In this document: positions 40,941 through 54,567 of the stretch, one piece after another | Layout of the letters: the number at the start of each line of letters is the position of its first letter | Position numbering within the stretch: position 1 is the first letter of the stretch | Source: Eledone cirrhosa | Taxonomy: Eukaryota | Reading direction: 5' to 3' | DNA length: 64,000 nucleotides | Assembly: GCA_964016885.1 (NCBI GenBank) | Contig: OZ024746.1 | Span: 54,312,001-54,376,000 of the forward strand | Made by a program: the position numbers and the translations under genes | The notes under the pieces: model-generated | Databases searched by the model: none | The model's input: the letters and a program-made list of their open reading frames with translations, nothing else | Told to the model about the DNA's origin: nothing

Positions 40941-42632
40941 CATTCTTCAACTTGTCTTGTTTCGTTGTTACTGTTGGTTCTGTCATTGTTCATGTTGTTC
41001 TTGGTGTAAATGTCGCTGTTGTTTTTGTTGCCATTGTTTCTTTCGTCTATTTTTTAGGTTGTTGCTTTTGTTGTTTTTGTTGTTGGCAATACTGCCTAAA
41101 TTGGTGTTCATGCTCATCATAATGGTGCTGATGGTGGTGGTGTTACTTAGCTCAACGTTTAAGCCGCTGCCACGTGGCCGCTGCCTTAACGTTGGTGGCA
41201 TGCTCCGTCCGTGTTTTTTAAAAAGCAAAAAAAACATGTTTTCACACAAGGCCCAAATATTATGTGATCGCCTTAACACAGGTCAATATGTGGTGCCTTA
41301 TCAACAGTTTGTAATGAAAATATAACGAGTGCAATGTAAACAGAGTATTATTGAGATACAACTTGGCAAACCAAACCACAAATATAATGATAATTTCACT
41401 CTTCTTACTGTATTTGTTCGTTATAATTTTTTTCCCGAGAAGGAAAAAAATACCTACAACACCATTTATTACAACTTTGTATTTTTAAGTATCGAACGTA
41501 AGTGGAATAGAATAGTTGTCTACAATTAGAAAAGGTAAGGAAAAAAAATAAAGATAAAAACTGGTTTGCCAAGTAGGAAATATATCACGTGACATTGACC
41601 ATTTTTCAAAATGAATGTATTTACTTTTCTTCTCTATTTGAAAGCACATTGTCAGCATAATGTAACATTAAATAGATCTATATTGCCGAAGGCAGTGATT
41701 CTTGTCTTGCAGCATGCTAGCATCACGATTTGTCATATAAAAGCTTTCTCTGATAATCCTTGCATTAATCTTTGGAAATTTATCCTGATTTCCGCTTAAG
41801 CATTACTAAAGTTGGCTCATGTCTCAAGGCTACTACTGGTAAGTCATGTAATGATAGCCAAGTAAAAAGAGAAGCGTAAAGAAAGAGGGGGAAAATAATC
41901 AATATTTAGGAATAATAGCCATGCCAGGTAATTTTAAAAAGATTTCAGTAATAAGGGATATCATGCTACATAGTTTAAACACTGAAGACAAGTGTGTGAA
42001 TAAAATACGTTAACCCCCCATAAAGATAATATCAGGATAATATGAAGTTGTGTGTGAGTGGGTGTGTTTATGTATTGTGTGGATGTCCGTCGGTTTAGAC
42101 GAAGAGTGTTAAAGTTGTTTGAATAATAGGTCTGTAGTGGTAATCTCCTGAAATTAACGTGCGAGTGGCTGAGCATTTCACAGATGCGGCTTTGTTTTAA
42201 AGATAAATCAACAAAATAGAAACAAAATCCCACCACCCAGGCTACATTTCTATCACCATGTTTACCAACGGAGATATAAACGTTTAGAAGGACAAGCTAC
42301 TGTTTATAGAAATTTGAGTGACTGTGTAGAGGCTCCTAGAAAGCGTGTATGGCTGGTGCCATATTACTGGATCTACGTCTGTTACGAAGCTGAGTGTTCA
42401 GGTTGCTTGAACAACAGAGCACTTGGTAAGTCTCATGTAATTAATGTACACGTGTGGTTGAATATTCCAAAGATACGGGCACCCTTAACATAACTGATAT
42501 GTAGATTCAGCGTGGTAGTGTATGCAAAAACTGGCCCTTCGATTTACAAGTATAACTGTCAAATGTCATATTTATCTATTCATATTGAAGTGTTGGTTTT
42601 AAATGTGAGTGTGTGTCTGTGAAACACACACT

Positions 42633-42672
<40 letters not shown>

Positions 42673-42882
42673 GTTTATCCCGGGTTCAATCGGGAGTAAC
42701 CACAGTAAGTAAGGTTCTCAATACATAGCAGGGTATAAATAGTTAATATATACAGGACTAGAACAGTTTCATTCGGGAGAAATCATGAGGAAGCCCTGAT
42801 GCCTGATGATGTCGCCCGAATCAAACAGTTCTAGTCCTGTAGAAGCCATTTCTAGATTCAATATATATATATATATATATAT

Positions 42883-42962
<80 letters not shown>

Positions 42963-43124
42963 CAAATGAGGTGTGGTAAGGAACCAGATGGACCATAACG
43001 CACCAGAGTACTCAATACTTAGGGTAGTAGAGTGGGAAATAGGAAAATGTTTAACCTCGACGGCAGTCCAGAAATAGCCGTCGAAACGGCTTGAGCTCTG
43101 CCGTCGGGGTTAAACTTTTTCCTA
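42673..43124. mobile_element. Family A fold-back (42673-42863) and family E element (42960-43124) stacked in one (TA)n tract
   Basis: Similarity to 3392-3585 and 35328-35530. Confidence 0.75.
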
Positions 43125-43215
43125 TATATATCATTATAAGAATCATTATAAAAAAGTGGTTTAAATATATTCATACACACATAAGTGTGCACTAATACAT
43201 ATCGAAACTAGAGAA

Positions 43216-43805
43216 TGATTTTGTATCATTGATGACACCCTTTACCTTGAAATTAATAATAATAATAATAATATGTTTGCTCCTTATGTGGTGACCTGTT
43301 TATTGTCGAGAGGTTGGACTGCTATTTTTATCGAACGAGAACCCGTCAAGTCGGTGCGAGTGCTAAAATTCATGTGTTGATACCATGTGCGTTTAGTCAC
43401 TTTCAACCCTGCATTGCGTGAGATTAGGTGATTTTGAAATTTCCTCTGATGATCCGCTTCAAAATATTTAATTTCGCCCCATATTTGGGGAAATGTATTC
43501 TGATTTTGTGGAGAATACATATGAGGGAAATATATTTGATCGTTATCAGGCATTTTGTTTTAAAATTTTTATTAAATTTAATAAGATACTCAACGAATTA
43601 TGTAGTCTTACTTTCAGTGTAGATTGTCTCTAGTTCTAAGATTTGATGTGTCTTAGTGCGCACTTATGTGTGTATGAATATATTTAAAGCACTTTCTTAT
43701 AATGATTAAGGCTCGATTTAATTCTCGGAATTCTATCTTGAGCTGTTTTTAGAGACAAGTCATATGTTTGATTTTGTATCATTCATTACACCCTTTACCT
43801 TGAAA

Positions 43806-43822
<17 letters not shown>
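43216..43822 (+). mobile_element. ~553-bp terminally redundant unit with a degenerate hammerhead
   Basis: tgattttgtatcatt...acaccctttaccttgaaa.taataat at 43216 and 43769. atttcct-CTGATGA-tccgc...gtgga-GAATA-catatg-agggaaat at 43439-43531. Confidence 0.6.
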
Positions 43823-43861
<39 letters not shown>

Positions 43862-43863
<2 letters not shown>

Positions 43864-45795
43864 TTTCTTTATTAACCACAAGGGTTTACATAAAGTAGAC
43901 ATTAAGGACAGTGCAGGACAATGCAGGACGGTACAAATGGGCATTTCTGCGTGTAAAAAACAAAAACAGAGGATGTAACAAAAAATAACAATGAAAAATT
44001 CCCCAATAGGGGGGAGACTTCGGAGGGACATTTGTGGAGAAAGCCCAGTAAAAAGCCACAAGGACCCTGACCACCAAGGCAAGTGCCCTCTCCCAGTTTT
44101 CCACCTTTAATTTACAGATATATACTCAGAGTAGGCCCATTCACTCGGGCCATTCTTGCTTCTCTCACCCATCTTTCAACAAAATGCTGGGAAGAGAGCA
44201 CTTCCCCCTCTACGCTGATTTTCCTTTTCAAATGAAATTTGAAAAAGTCAATCAGAGCATCACCGAAGAGGTAAGTGCTCGTCTTCAGCCCTTTCAAACG
44301 TGTCCACCATACTATCTCTTTCGCCATGGCCACCAGACAGATAAAAACTGCCTGCCCTTCCCGGCTAAAGGAGGAGGGCGGGGCAATCCTCACGATGGAC
44401 TCAGATGATAGCCAGATCCGTCCTAAACGCGACAGCAGGTGTTCGACATAAACCCACAAGTCAGCAATTTTCGGACACTGGACGAGTGCGTGCAGGACGG
44501 TTTCGTCGCCCTGCGCGCATCTCGGACATGCCCGGCTGACGGCACCTCCATGCCTGTAGAGTTTATCCCGAACTGGCAAGGCTCCTCGGTAGCACTGCCA
44601 GGCCAGAGATTTCTGGAAGTTGTCCATAGGCCCTGGCCCGAAAGTTCTTCCGAAGAGATTGGCTAGTTGATTTTCGTCGACGCCTAGAGTTTCCCCAAGT
44701 ACGTCGTCGCTCTTCCCCTCCACTAATCCTCTATAGAACGCCGAGGTGGAGTTTCCACCTATCACATTGCCCGATTGGTCGAGGGCTGTGAGCGCCTGAA
44801 GACATTCCAGTCTCCAGGCGCTCCCTCTCGGTCTTCGCTTGACCCAGGACTGCAGCTCTGTCAAGGAAACGAGCTGGGGAAATACGCGTCTAGCAAACGG
44901 CGACCACACCTGATCACCGTCGAGGAAGAGGTGGAGATGTCGTAGCCTGAGCTCGTGCCTGCGCATCATCAGCCACGGCATGCCCAGCCCTCCACGTAGC
45001 GGGTGTTGACAACAGATGGACCGCCTGACCATCGGAGCACGTCCCTTCCACAAAAAGCAAAAGAGCAAACGCTCCAGCGCAGTCAGGCGAGGCTTAGGAC
45101 AAGGTACGACGGTCAGGCGGTAGCAGATGACAGACGCGATGTACGCGTTAGCCACCTCCGCTCGACCTTTCAGGGATAGCTTCCTCTCCGCCCATTTCTG
45201 GGTGAGAGAAGCCACCCTGCTCGTCACCTCGTCCCAGTTTTTGTCCGTCTGGAGGTCCGGACCGAACCAGACCCCTAGCAATTTAACCGGTCCGTCCGTC
45301 CAGCGCCCGACGACGCTGTTGGACGGCATGGACCTGCCTCTCCAGGTGCCGAGCTGTAGGCCCACTGACTTTTCCTGGTTGATCATTGCTCCTGTCACCG
45401 CTTCGTATTCTCTTAGTGTAGTGCCGATCGCCTCGATGTGTTTGGCGTTCGACACCACTACGGTGACATCGTCCGCATATGCTGACACGGATCTTCCGCA
45501 TCCTAGTTCGCACGAGACTCCCCTCAACGTCTCCAGTTTGTGCAGTAATGGCTCGAGAGTCAATACGTACAAGAGGGACGAGAGGGGACATCCTTGGCGG
45601 ACCGAGCGCATGATGTTGAACGGTTCCGACAGGTGACCGTTCACTCTCACCACAGAGCAGATGTCGCTGTGCATGGCAGCGATCCACCCTCTGAACACGG
45701 GCCCAAAGCCAGCCGCCCTCAGGACTGCCGCTAGGTAACGATGGTCGACCCTATCGAAAGCTTTCGACTGATCTAAATTGATCAAGGACCCACCC
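43862..45795 (-). mobile_element. 5'-truncated L1/Tx1-clade LINE inserted in (TAA)n
   Basis: Flanked by (taa)n at 43808-43861 and 45796-45824; 3' UTR ends cccttgtggttaataaagaaatca-(tta)n. Confidence 0.9.
44112..45785 (-). CDS. ORF2 fragment: reverse transcriptase plus C-terminal CCHC finger (L1/Tx1)
   Basis: LDQSKAFDRVDH, SVRQGCPLSSLLY, AYADD, CPRCAQGDETVLHALVQC; 557 codons open. Confidence 0.9.
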   Translation of the reverse strand: MINLDQSKAFDRVDHRYLAAVLRAAGFGPVFRGWIAAMHSDICSVVRVNGHLSEPFNIMRSVRQGCPLSSLLYVLTLEPLLHKLETLRGVSCELGCGRSVSAYADDVTVVVSNAKHIEAIGTTLREYEAVTGAMINQEKSVGLQLGTWRGRSMPSNSVVGRWTDGPVKLLGVWFGPDLQTDKNWDEVTSRVASLTQKWAERKLSLKGRAEVANAYIASVICYRLTVVPCPKPRLTALERLLFCFLWKGRAPMVRRSICCQHPLRGGLGMPWLMMRRHELRLRHLHLFLDGDQVWSPFARRVFPQLVSLTELQSWVKRRPRGSAWRLECLQALTALDQSGNVIGGNSTSAFYRGLVEGKSDDVLGETLGVDENQLANLFGRTFGPGPMDNFQKSLAWQCYRGALPVRDKLYRHGGAVSRACPRCAQGDETVLHALVQCPKIADLWVYVEHLLSRLGRIWLSSESIVRIAPPSSFSREGQAVFICLVAMAKEIVWWTRLKGLKTSTYLFGDALIDFFKFHLKRKISVEGEVLSSQHFVERWVREARMARVNGPTLSIYL

Positions 45796-45826
<31 letters not shown>

Positions 45827-46789
45827 GCACGAGGTGGTAGAAGGTCATGAAATCGCTCCCGTAAGTTTTTGATTTTTAACATATTTGAATCAATTGTGAA
45901 ATAACAATTCTTAGTACAAATGTTGCATAAACCACCGAATCAGGTCCCATAAAGTTTCGGATCCATATTATATTGTTGTATCGCTCAAATATTCAATTTT
46001 GTATTATATATTTTGTATTCAAAAAAAGAAAATGGTTATAAATGGGAAAAAAAAACACCCTCTGTCTACACTATATAGAACAGCCATATAACAGCAATTT
46101 CACGAACACCAGAAACTTGATACACCACCTATCCCATCACACTAAATATAACAGCCAGATAACGGCAATTTCACCAGCATCATAATAATAATTACTATTA
46201 TTATTGTCTCAAATTTAAAAAAAAATGTTTAATTCCAATTTTACGGGATATGTCAACACAAAATATAATAAAAATATATATTAAACATACGAACACAAAC
46301 TCATAGATACTACATATCAGTAACCACAACGCCACGGCTGCCACCACCCCACCCCATCCATCATTGCTACCACTATCCCATCGTCGCCGCCACCACTCCT
46401 TCAATGCTACCACCACTATTCCCCTGTTAACTTGAGAGAGAAAGGGGAAGGTGGCGGTATCACTAGACAAGGGAGAGGCTAGCAAAAGATATAAATAGAT
46501 TGACTTAGTGACCTGGCCACCGGCCAAACGTCAACACCAACAACTATGGGACTGCTGGCTCACCCCTTCCTCACCAACAATATAAACAGCCCCGGCACCA
46601 CCACCGACATAGCCAACAACAATAACAGCCAACTACAACAAAAAGTATATTATATTATTGTAATGCACTGGGTGATTGCGGGCCTTGTGCCTGGAGTGGA
46701 GACAATTATTAATAATTTCATTCTTAAGCCACGCAATGCTCACATTAAGGAACCACTCATGATAATAACAATTTAAAAAAACAACAAAA

Positions 46790-49700
46790 CGAAAACCCCG
46801 TGACCAAGAAATACCGGGATGGCGGCCGGCGGGGAATAGCCGTGACTCTAGGGGAGAACGACCCCTCTAGTCTTGGTTGACACTCGTTCTAGAAGTGGTA
46901 ACACGAAATGATTACCCCTTGGCGGATAAGGATAAAACGCGACAAAATAAAGTAAATGTCTAATGATAAAATCTCATACCGGATCGGCCGTCACCCGGGT
47001 AAAAAAGGGCCGCGTCCCTCAGAGAGGAACCAGACTGGGGTCGAAAAATCAGCTAATGGTTCAAACCTTCCCATCACTTCGGAGCTGGAGACCTCCCATA
47101 ACCGGAATACTCCTACTGTTGGCCCTCCATGCTCACCACCAAGAAATCCAAAGAAAAAGAGAGAAAAATGGTCAAGGGAAGATAATAAAGAAGTCCTTGA
47201 GGCTTTCTACACTGCCATGTACTATCCATCAAATACATCGAATACAGAACAGACATATATCAACTGGAAAAAGAAACATCCCGAAAACAGAGGCTATATT
47301 GACAGTAACAAACTAGCCAATATACGAAGAAATATTGTAAGAAAAAAGTTACTAATTGATATAAAAATTGATCAGATCAAGCTATTAGCACAAAGTCAGC
47401 GAAGGGAAAATGAAACATGTGTCAGTGAAAACGAGGTAAACTGTAACACTTCGAATCCCAGGGTTGGGGCGGAATCACTGGCAACAGAACAAATTAAAGA
47501 AAGGATCGAAAAAGTGGAGGGAGTGCATGCTCAGGATGAAACTCCAAATGAAAATAATGAGATCGTAAATGATAAAGAAATGAATGAGAATGAACTTGCC
47601 AACTTGAAGGATGAAATTATGATCGAATGGATGAAAATGAAAGAATCTGACATGGGGCAACGAGACACCCTCCCTAAGATCCAGAACTCCAAACAGAACC
47701 AAAAATAATACACAAGACTATCATAATTCTCAAAAACATTATCATCCCAAACAAACTAAACATTACTGATTTAAATCATCTCTATTATGCATCGGCTAAA
47801 GTCACCACTCACTTATGTGGAGTGAAGATGAAAAAACAAAGGAATTCCCACAAGAAATCTACTTGGCAAAAGAACATCAATCGCCAAATAAACCTTCTCC
47901 GATCTGACATAGAAATTTTAACAAACTATAAAGTAGGTGAACATGTTAAACAAACTAAACTTAGAAAATTGAAAGAAAAAGTACAGTATAAAATCAACAT
48001 GTGACATAGACATGCTGATAGAAATAATCAAGCAAAAAGTGTCGGCCAAAGCTGCTCGTATAAGGCGCTTTGAAAAACCATCTAGATTCTATAAGGACAA
48101 TAATATGTTTAAAAACAACCAAAGAAACTTCTACAGAAAAATTGGTAAGTCAACAATAACTGCTAAATCAATACCACCCAAGGAGGAAGTGCAAGAATTC
48201 TGGGAAAAGATCTGGGCCGAAGAAAAAGTTCATAACATACATGCCCCATGGATAGACAGACAAATGAAAGATACAGCTCACCTTGAAATATGGGAAAATA
48301 TAACAGTTGTACAGTTGCGCCTGGCTCTAAGAAAAACCAGCAAATGGAAATCCCCAGGTAAAGACACAATACAAAACTTTTGGATAAATGCCTTCACAGA
48401 GTCTCATGAGCTGTTAGCCCAACTTTACAATGAAATAGTTAAGGAGCCAGAAAAGATACCATCATGGCTAGTTAACGGCATTACATTCCTGCTTCCGAAG
48501 AATGATGAGACAAACAATCCCCAAAATTACAGACCGATAACTTGCTTGACCACAATGTATAAAATTTTAACATCAGTCCTAACTGAATACACATATGACC
48601 ACCTGATAACAAATGACCTATTTCCCATTGAGCAGAAAGGGTGTAAACGAGGCTCATATGGCTGTAAGGATCAGCTTCTGGTTAACAAAATGATACTGGA
48701 AGATTGTCATAATAGACACAAAAATCTATCGATTGCTTGAATAGATTATAAAAAAAGCATTCGATAGTTTGCCACACAGTTGGATTGAAAAATGTTTAGA
48801 GATTTTCAAAATAACCCCCGTTGTCAGGAGGTTTTTGTCATTCAGTATGAAGACATGGAAAACGACACTCCTTTTGAATAGTGAAACAAAATCACTGGAA
48901 GCTGGAGAAGTTAATATTAATTGTGGAATTTTTCAGGGTGACTCTTTATCACCGCTTTTATTCTGCATCGCACTTATACCATTAAGTAAAATGCTCAATG
49001 AAACAAAACATGGATATAAAGTCTATGACAAAACCATTAGTCACCTGTTCTACATGGATGACCTGAAACTATTTGCAAAAAATGATGAACAATTGCAAGG
49101 GCTATTATCCACTGTGAAGCAGTTCAGTGATGACATTAAAATGGAGTTTAGACTAGATAAATGCGCCAAAGCAACGTTCACCAGAGGAAAGCTGCTGAAG
49201 AGTTCAGACATTAATCTTGATCGGGGGAACGTGATAAGAGAACTTGATCAAGAAAAAACTTACAAATATCTAGGTGTTTGTGAAGGAGACGGAATCAAGC
49301 ACTCGACAATGAGGGAAAGGATAAGGAAGGAATGTTACTGCAGAGTAAGAGCAATCTTAAGAACGGAATTGAATGCAAGGAATAGGATCGATGCCATAAA
49401 CACGCTTGCCATACCAGTAGTAACCTACAGTTACAATGTCATCAACTGGTCAAGCACAGAGATCCGTAGGCTCGATACAAAAATTCGAAAATTCTTAACC
49501 ATGCACAGAATGCATCACCCTAAGGCAGATATAGATAGAATATATTTCCCTAGGAAAGAAGGAGGACGTGGGTTAATCCAGTTAGATATTGCGTTGAAAA
49601 CTGCAACAATTGTATTATCTACATATCTAAGGGAATCACATGATTGGATGATCAAACTCGTTTTGAAACACGAAAGCATCAAAAGATCATATTCCATTAC

Positions 49701-50769
49701 AAAAGATGCACAAAGATACAGTAATGGACTACAAATTTCAGAAGTCCCATTTACTGCTGAAATGGAAAACACAGAAAAAGCAAAGCAGGTAAAAGTAACT
49801 GCAAAGAAAGAACTGCTACAGAAACTGGCTAAGAAATGGCAAGAAGAGCCTCTGTATGGAAAATACCCAGAGCGAGCTAACAATCCTGATGTTGACAAAA
49901 CTTTAACCCATCAGTGGTTGGCATCCTCTGGACTGAAATCGGAGACTGAAGGACTGATTATATCGGCACAAGATCAGTGTCTGCCAACAAAAAATTACCA
50001 AGCCAACATAATAAAAAATGGGTGCAGCCCATTATGCCGTGTATGCAAAAAACAACCAGAGACCATTGACCATATAATTTCAATGTGCATTCCTATAGCT
50101 CCAACCGAATACCTAAACAGGCATGACAGAGCTGCACAATACATACATTGGATAATGTGTAAGCATTTTGACCTGCCCCATCAAAAGAATTGGTGGGAGC
50201 ATCAACCACCTCCCATACTTGAAAAAGATCACATCTCAATCTTGTGGAACTTTAGCATCCAAACAGACCGAAAAATAGATGCAAATAGATCTGATATAAT
50301 ATTGAAGGACTTTCAAAAGAGGGTATGCCTGCTAATTGATATGTCTGTTCCAATAGACAAGAATGTATCTATAAAAACATTTGAAAAATTGAGCAAGTAT
50401 AAGGACCTGGAGATAGAAATTGGAAAAATGTGGAAATTGAGAACTAAAACAATACCAGTGGTTGTAGGCGCTCTGGGAATGATACCTAAGGGGTCTAATG
50501 ATTACTTATCGCAAATCCCAGGAAACCCGCGTATAGGAGAAATACAAAAGATAGTACTAATGGGAACTGCCCATATACTAAGGAAGATTCTGTCAATATA
50601 AGTACATCACAAGTCTAAACACTAAAGATGCATGTGTGAATATGTATGATCTTTCTTGAACATGGCAGACCTTGTTGTCTCTTGATGTCACTGGTTGTGA
50701 CTTGGTGATAACTCGTATGAACATAAAGCAAGATAAATGCAACTGTAATAATAATAATAATAATAATAA
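46790..50769 (+). mobile_element. Near full-length R4/Dong-clade non-LTR retrotransposon ending in (TAA)n
   Basis: Structured 5' UTR, single interrupted ORF, 3' UTR and taa tail at 50746-50769. Confidence 0.92.
46956..50601 (+). pseudogene. RT + CCHC + restriction-like endonuclease ORF, broken near 47708, 48004 and 48740-48756
   Basis: WKSPGKD, NYRPITCL, GIFQGDSLSPLLF, HLFYMDDLK, CRVC...HIISMC, RHD, NRSDIILKD...LIDMSVP...EKLSKY. Confidence 0.92.
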
Positions 50770-53700
50770 TGCAAGAGGAGAGACAAACTGGTCTTGCCAT
50801 GGGATGGATAGACTACAAAAAGGTATTTGACATGGTGCCTCATTCTTGGATCACCAAAAGCCTAGAGATCTTCAAGGTGGCAGATAACATCAGACAGTTG
50901 TTGGGCAAAAGTATGAAGTCCTGGGAAACAGAGTTAACATCAGCTGGAGAATCCTTGGGAAGCGTGAAGATCAAGAGAGGTATCTTCCAGGGAGATAGTC
51001 TGTCCCCTCTGTTGTTTGTCCTTGCCATGATGCCCCTGACCAGTGTACTGCGAAATGTGAGAGCAGGATACAGGTTGGGAAAGGGAAGGCTTACCATCAA
51101 TCACCCCCTCTTCATGGACGATCTTAAGCTCTTCGAGAAGAGTGAGAAGGAGTTGGATGAGCTTGTTGACACTGTCCGTATTTTCAGCAATGATATATGT
51201 ATGCAATTTGGTATTAGTAAGTGTGGAGTCCTTGTGATGAACTGGGGTAAATTGAGCAGAAGTAACGGAATCCAGGTACCAACAGGTGAGATGATAAAGG
51301 AAATTGACACTGAAGAAGGATACAAGTATTTGGGTGTTCTGGAGGCTGATGACATCAAGAACAAAAAAATGAAGGAATTGATAAGAACTGAATACATTCG
51401 GAGAGTGAATGCTGAAATAAATAATACCTGGAACAAAGATACGGCCATTGAGGAGATGAATGCTGACGGGCGAGGACAAGATTTGGTTGATATCCTAAAC
51501 TTAGTGGTAGATGAATTGAACAATGATAGTGGGAAACCTATGAACCTAAGATTTGTAGACAGGAAACAGTTAAAAGAAACAACAGCTAAGGTAAACAAAG
51601 TCATCCCATACCTTGAGGCGAGGAGCCTTCACCAGTGCAACAATATCCTCAAAGCAACAGCAAATGCGGTGAGGAAATTACTTGGTATAAAAGCGAGAGG
51701 AAACAACAAACAAGAAAGATCAGAGCCTTGGTGGAAGAAACGACTGAGTGGTCAAATCAGGGAAATGAGAAATGACATTGGAAAGCTTGAGTCCCTACTG
51801 AATGGGACACTAAAAATAGACTGGAAATAAAGTACAAAACTAGGAGGAAAAAGCTAAATATTATCATAGAGGAACTGAAGCTACGCATTGTAGCAAAGAG
51901 TGCAAAAATTAGGCGATACGAGAGCAGAGTCAGTCAGTATAGACAGAACCGTATGTTTGACAACAACCAGAAGATGCTGTTTGGACAGCTTGAGGTGAAA
52001 GAAAGAGGCAACGACTTGATCCCTGAGGATGAACAAACTAAAACATTCTGGAGAGGAATATGGGAGCGGGATGTTAAACATAATGACCAGGCAGTGTGGA
52101 TTGAGACAGTACAGAAGTAGATTAGTGAACAGGCACACCAACAAACTGACTTGAGTATCACAGTTGAAACCCTTAAGGGGCAGGCCAAAAAACTAACCAA
52201 CTGGAAATCACCAGGCCCAAATGGTGTGCAGGGGTATTGGATTAAAAATATAACATCCCTCCACCCGGAACTGACAACCATGTTAAATGACTACTTGATG
52301 TCAGGTGAGGTACCAGAGTGGTTGACAAAAGGTACCAGAGTTCTGGTAATGAAGGACCGAATCAAGGGTAATGATGTTACCAACTATAGACCTATCACAT
52401 GTCTGTCCGTAATGTGGAAACTGTTGACAAGCATTATGTCTGAGGAAATCTACCATCACCTCCACACAAACAACTTGTTACCGGACGAACAGAAAGGATG
52501 CCGAAAGAAGTCCCGTGGTACAATGGACCAGTTACTTATTGATAAGATGGTAATGAGGAATTTCAAGAGGAGACACACTGGTCTTGCCATGGGATGGATA
52601 GACTACAAAAAGGCATTTGAATGGGGCCTCATTCTTGGATCACCAAAAGCCTAGAGATCTTCAAGGTGGCAGATAACATCAGACAGTTGTTGGGCAAAAG
52701 TATGAAGTCCTGGGAAACAGAGTTAACATCAGCTGGAGAATCCTTGGGAAGCGTGAAGATCAAGAGAGGTATCTTCCAGGGAGATATTCTGTCCCCTCTG
52801 TTGTTTGTCCTTGCCCTGATGCCCCTGACCATTATACTGCGAAAAGTGAGAGCAGAATACAAGTTGGGAAAGGGAGAGCTTACCATCAATCACCTCCTCT
52901 TCATGGACGATCTTAAGCTCCCCGGGAAGAGCGAGATGGAGTTGGATGTGCTTGTTGACACTGTCCGTATTTTCAGCAATGTATGCAATTTGGTATTAGT
53001 AAGTGTGGAGTCCTTGTGATGAAGAGGGGTAAATTGAGCAGAAGCAACGGAATCCAGGTACCAACAGGTGAGATGATAAAGGAAATTGACACTGAACAAG
53101 GATACAAGTATTTGGGTGTTCTGGAGGCTGATGATATCAAGAACAAAAAAAATGAAGGAATTGATAAGAACTGAATACATTCGTAGAGTAAGGAGCGTAT
53201 TAAAGTCAATCTGAACAGTAGGAATGCCATAAGTGCAGTAAATTTCCGAGCTGTGTCTATTATTAGGTACAGTGCGGGAATTCTGAGATGGAATGTTTCT
53301 GAACAAAAAGAAATGGATAGGAAGACTAGGAAGCTATTGACTATCTGCAACATGTTCCACAAGAGGAGTGATGTCGATAGACTCTACTTAAGGAGATTTG
53401 AAGGTGGAAGAGGTCTTATCAGCATAGAGGACTGTGTTCAGATGGAGAAAAACAACCTACACAAATACGTGACTAATAGTAAGGAGCCAATGCTCAGAAC
53501 TGTACTGAAGGAGAGGACAATAGACTAGGGATGTCCAAGGAGGAAATAACAACAAGGAGAAAGAGCAGCCTTCAGGAAAAATCCCTTCATAGGACCTTCT
53601 TTGAGAAAACTGAATTCAGATATACACAGACATGGAACTGGTTGAAAAGAGGAGACCTTAAAAAGGCTACAGAAGGAATGTTAATGGCTGCGCAAGAGCA

Positions 53701-54425
53701 AGCCCTCAAAACGAAGTGGTTGAAACACCATATTTACAAGGGGGAAGCTAGCCCACTGTGCAGGATCTGTGGAGAGAGAGAGGAGACTGTGGCTCACATT
53801 GTATCCGAGTGTAAACACCTAGCCCAGACTCACGATAAGGGCTGGAGACATGATGTGATGGGCAGGGTGATCCACTGGCACCAATGCAAAGTAAACAATT
53901 TACCACATTCTGAGAAGTGGTATGAGAATAAGCCAGAGTCGGTGATAGAAAACGATCAGGTGAAGGTGCTGTGGGATTTTAGGATACAGACGGACAAGAA
54001 ACTGGAACACAATAAACCTGACCTGGTGGTTTTGGACAAAGAAAAAAAGATCGTGCCTGATTGTGGATGTGGCCTGCCCATTCGACACGAGAGTGCAAGA
54101 GAAGGAGAGGGAGAAAATTAACCGATACCAGGACTTAAAGTGGGAGGTAAAAAGGATTTGGAACTGCCATGAAGTCAAATTGGTCCCGATTGTCATAGGC
54201 GCACTAGGTACTATCGCAAAAAGTTTCCAGGGATGGTTAAAGAAAATTGGCCCCTTCACGCTTTTTGGAACGCTTCAAAAGGCATGCTTGCTGGGAACAG
54301 CAAGAACCCTCCGATACGTCCTGAATATCTGAGGCTGCTGGTAGTTGCTTGATATTCATTTCAACAAACTTTCCAGTTAACGAACATCAATGAGTGAGAC
54401 TCAAAGAACAATAATAATAATAATA
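50770..54425 (+). mobile_element. Second R4/Dong family element, 5'-truncated and rearranged, directly after the TAA tail of the first
   Basis: WKSPGPNGV, GIFQGD, FMDDLK, CRICGEREETVAHIVSEC, RHD, NKPDLVVLD, DVACPFD, EKINRY; ends 54332 then 3' UTR and (taa)n. Confidence 0.9.
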
Positions 54426-54443
54426 ATAATGATAATAATAATA

Positions 54444-54555
<112 letters not shown>

Positions 54556-54567
54556 CATACATATATA

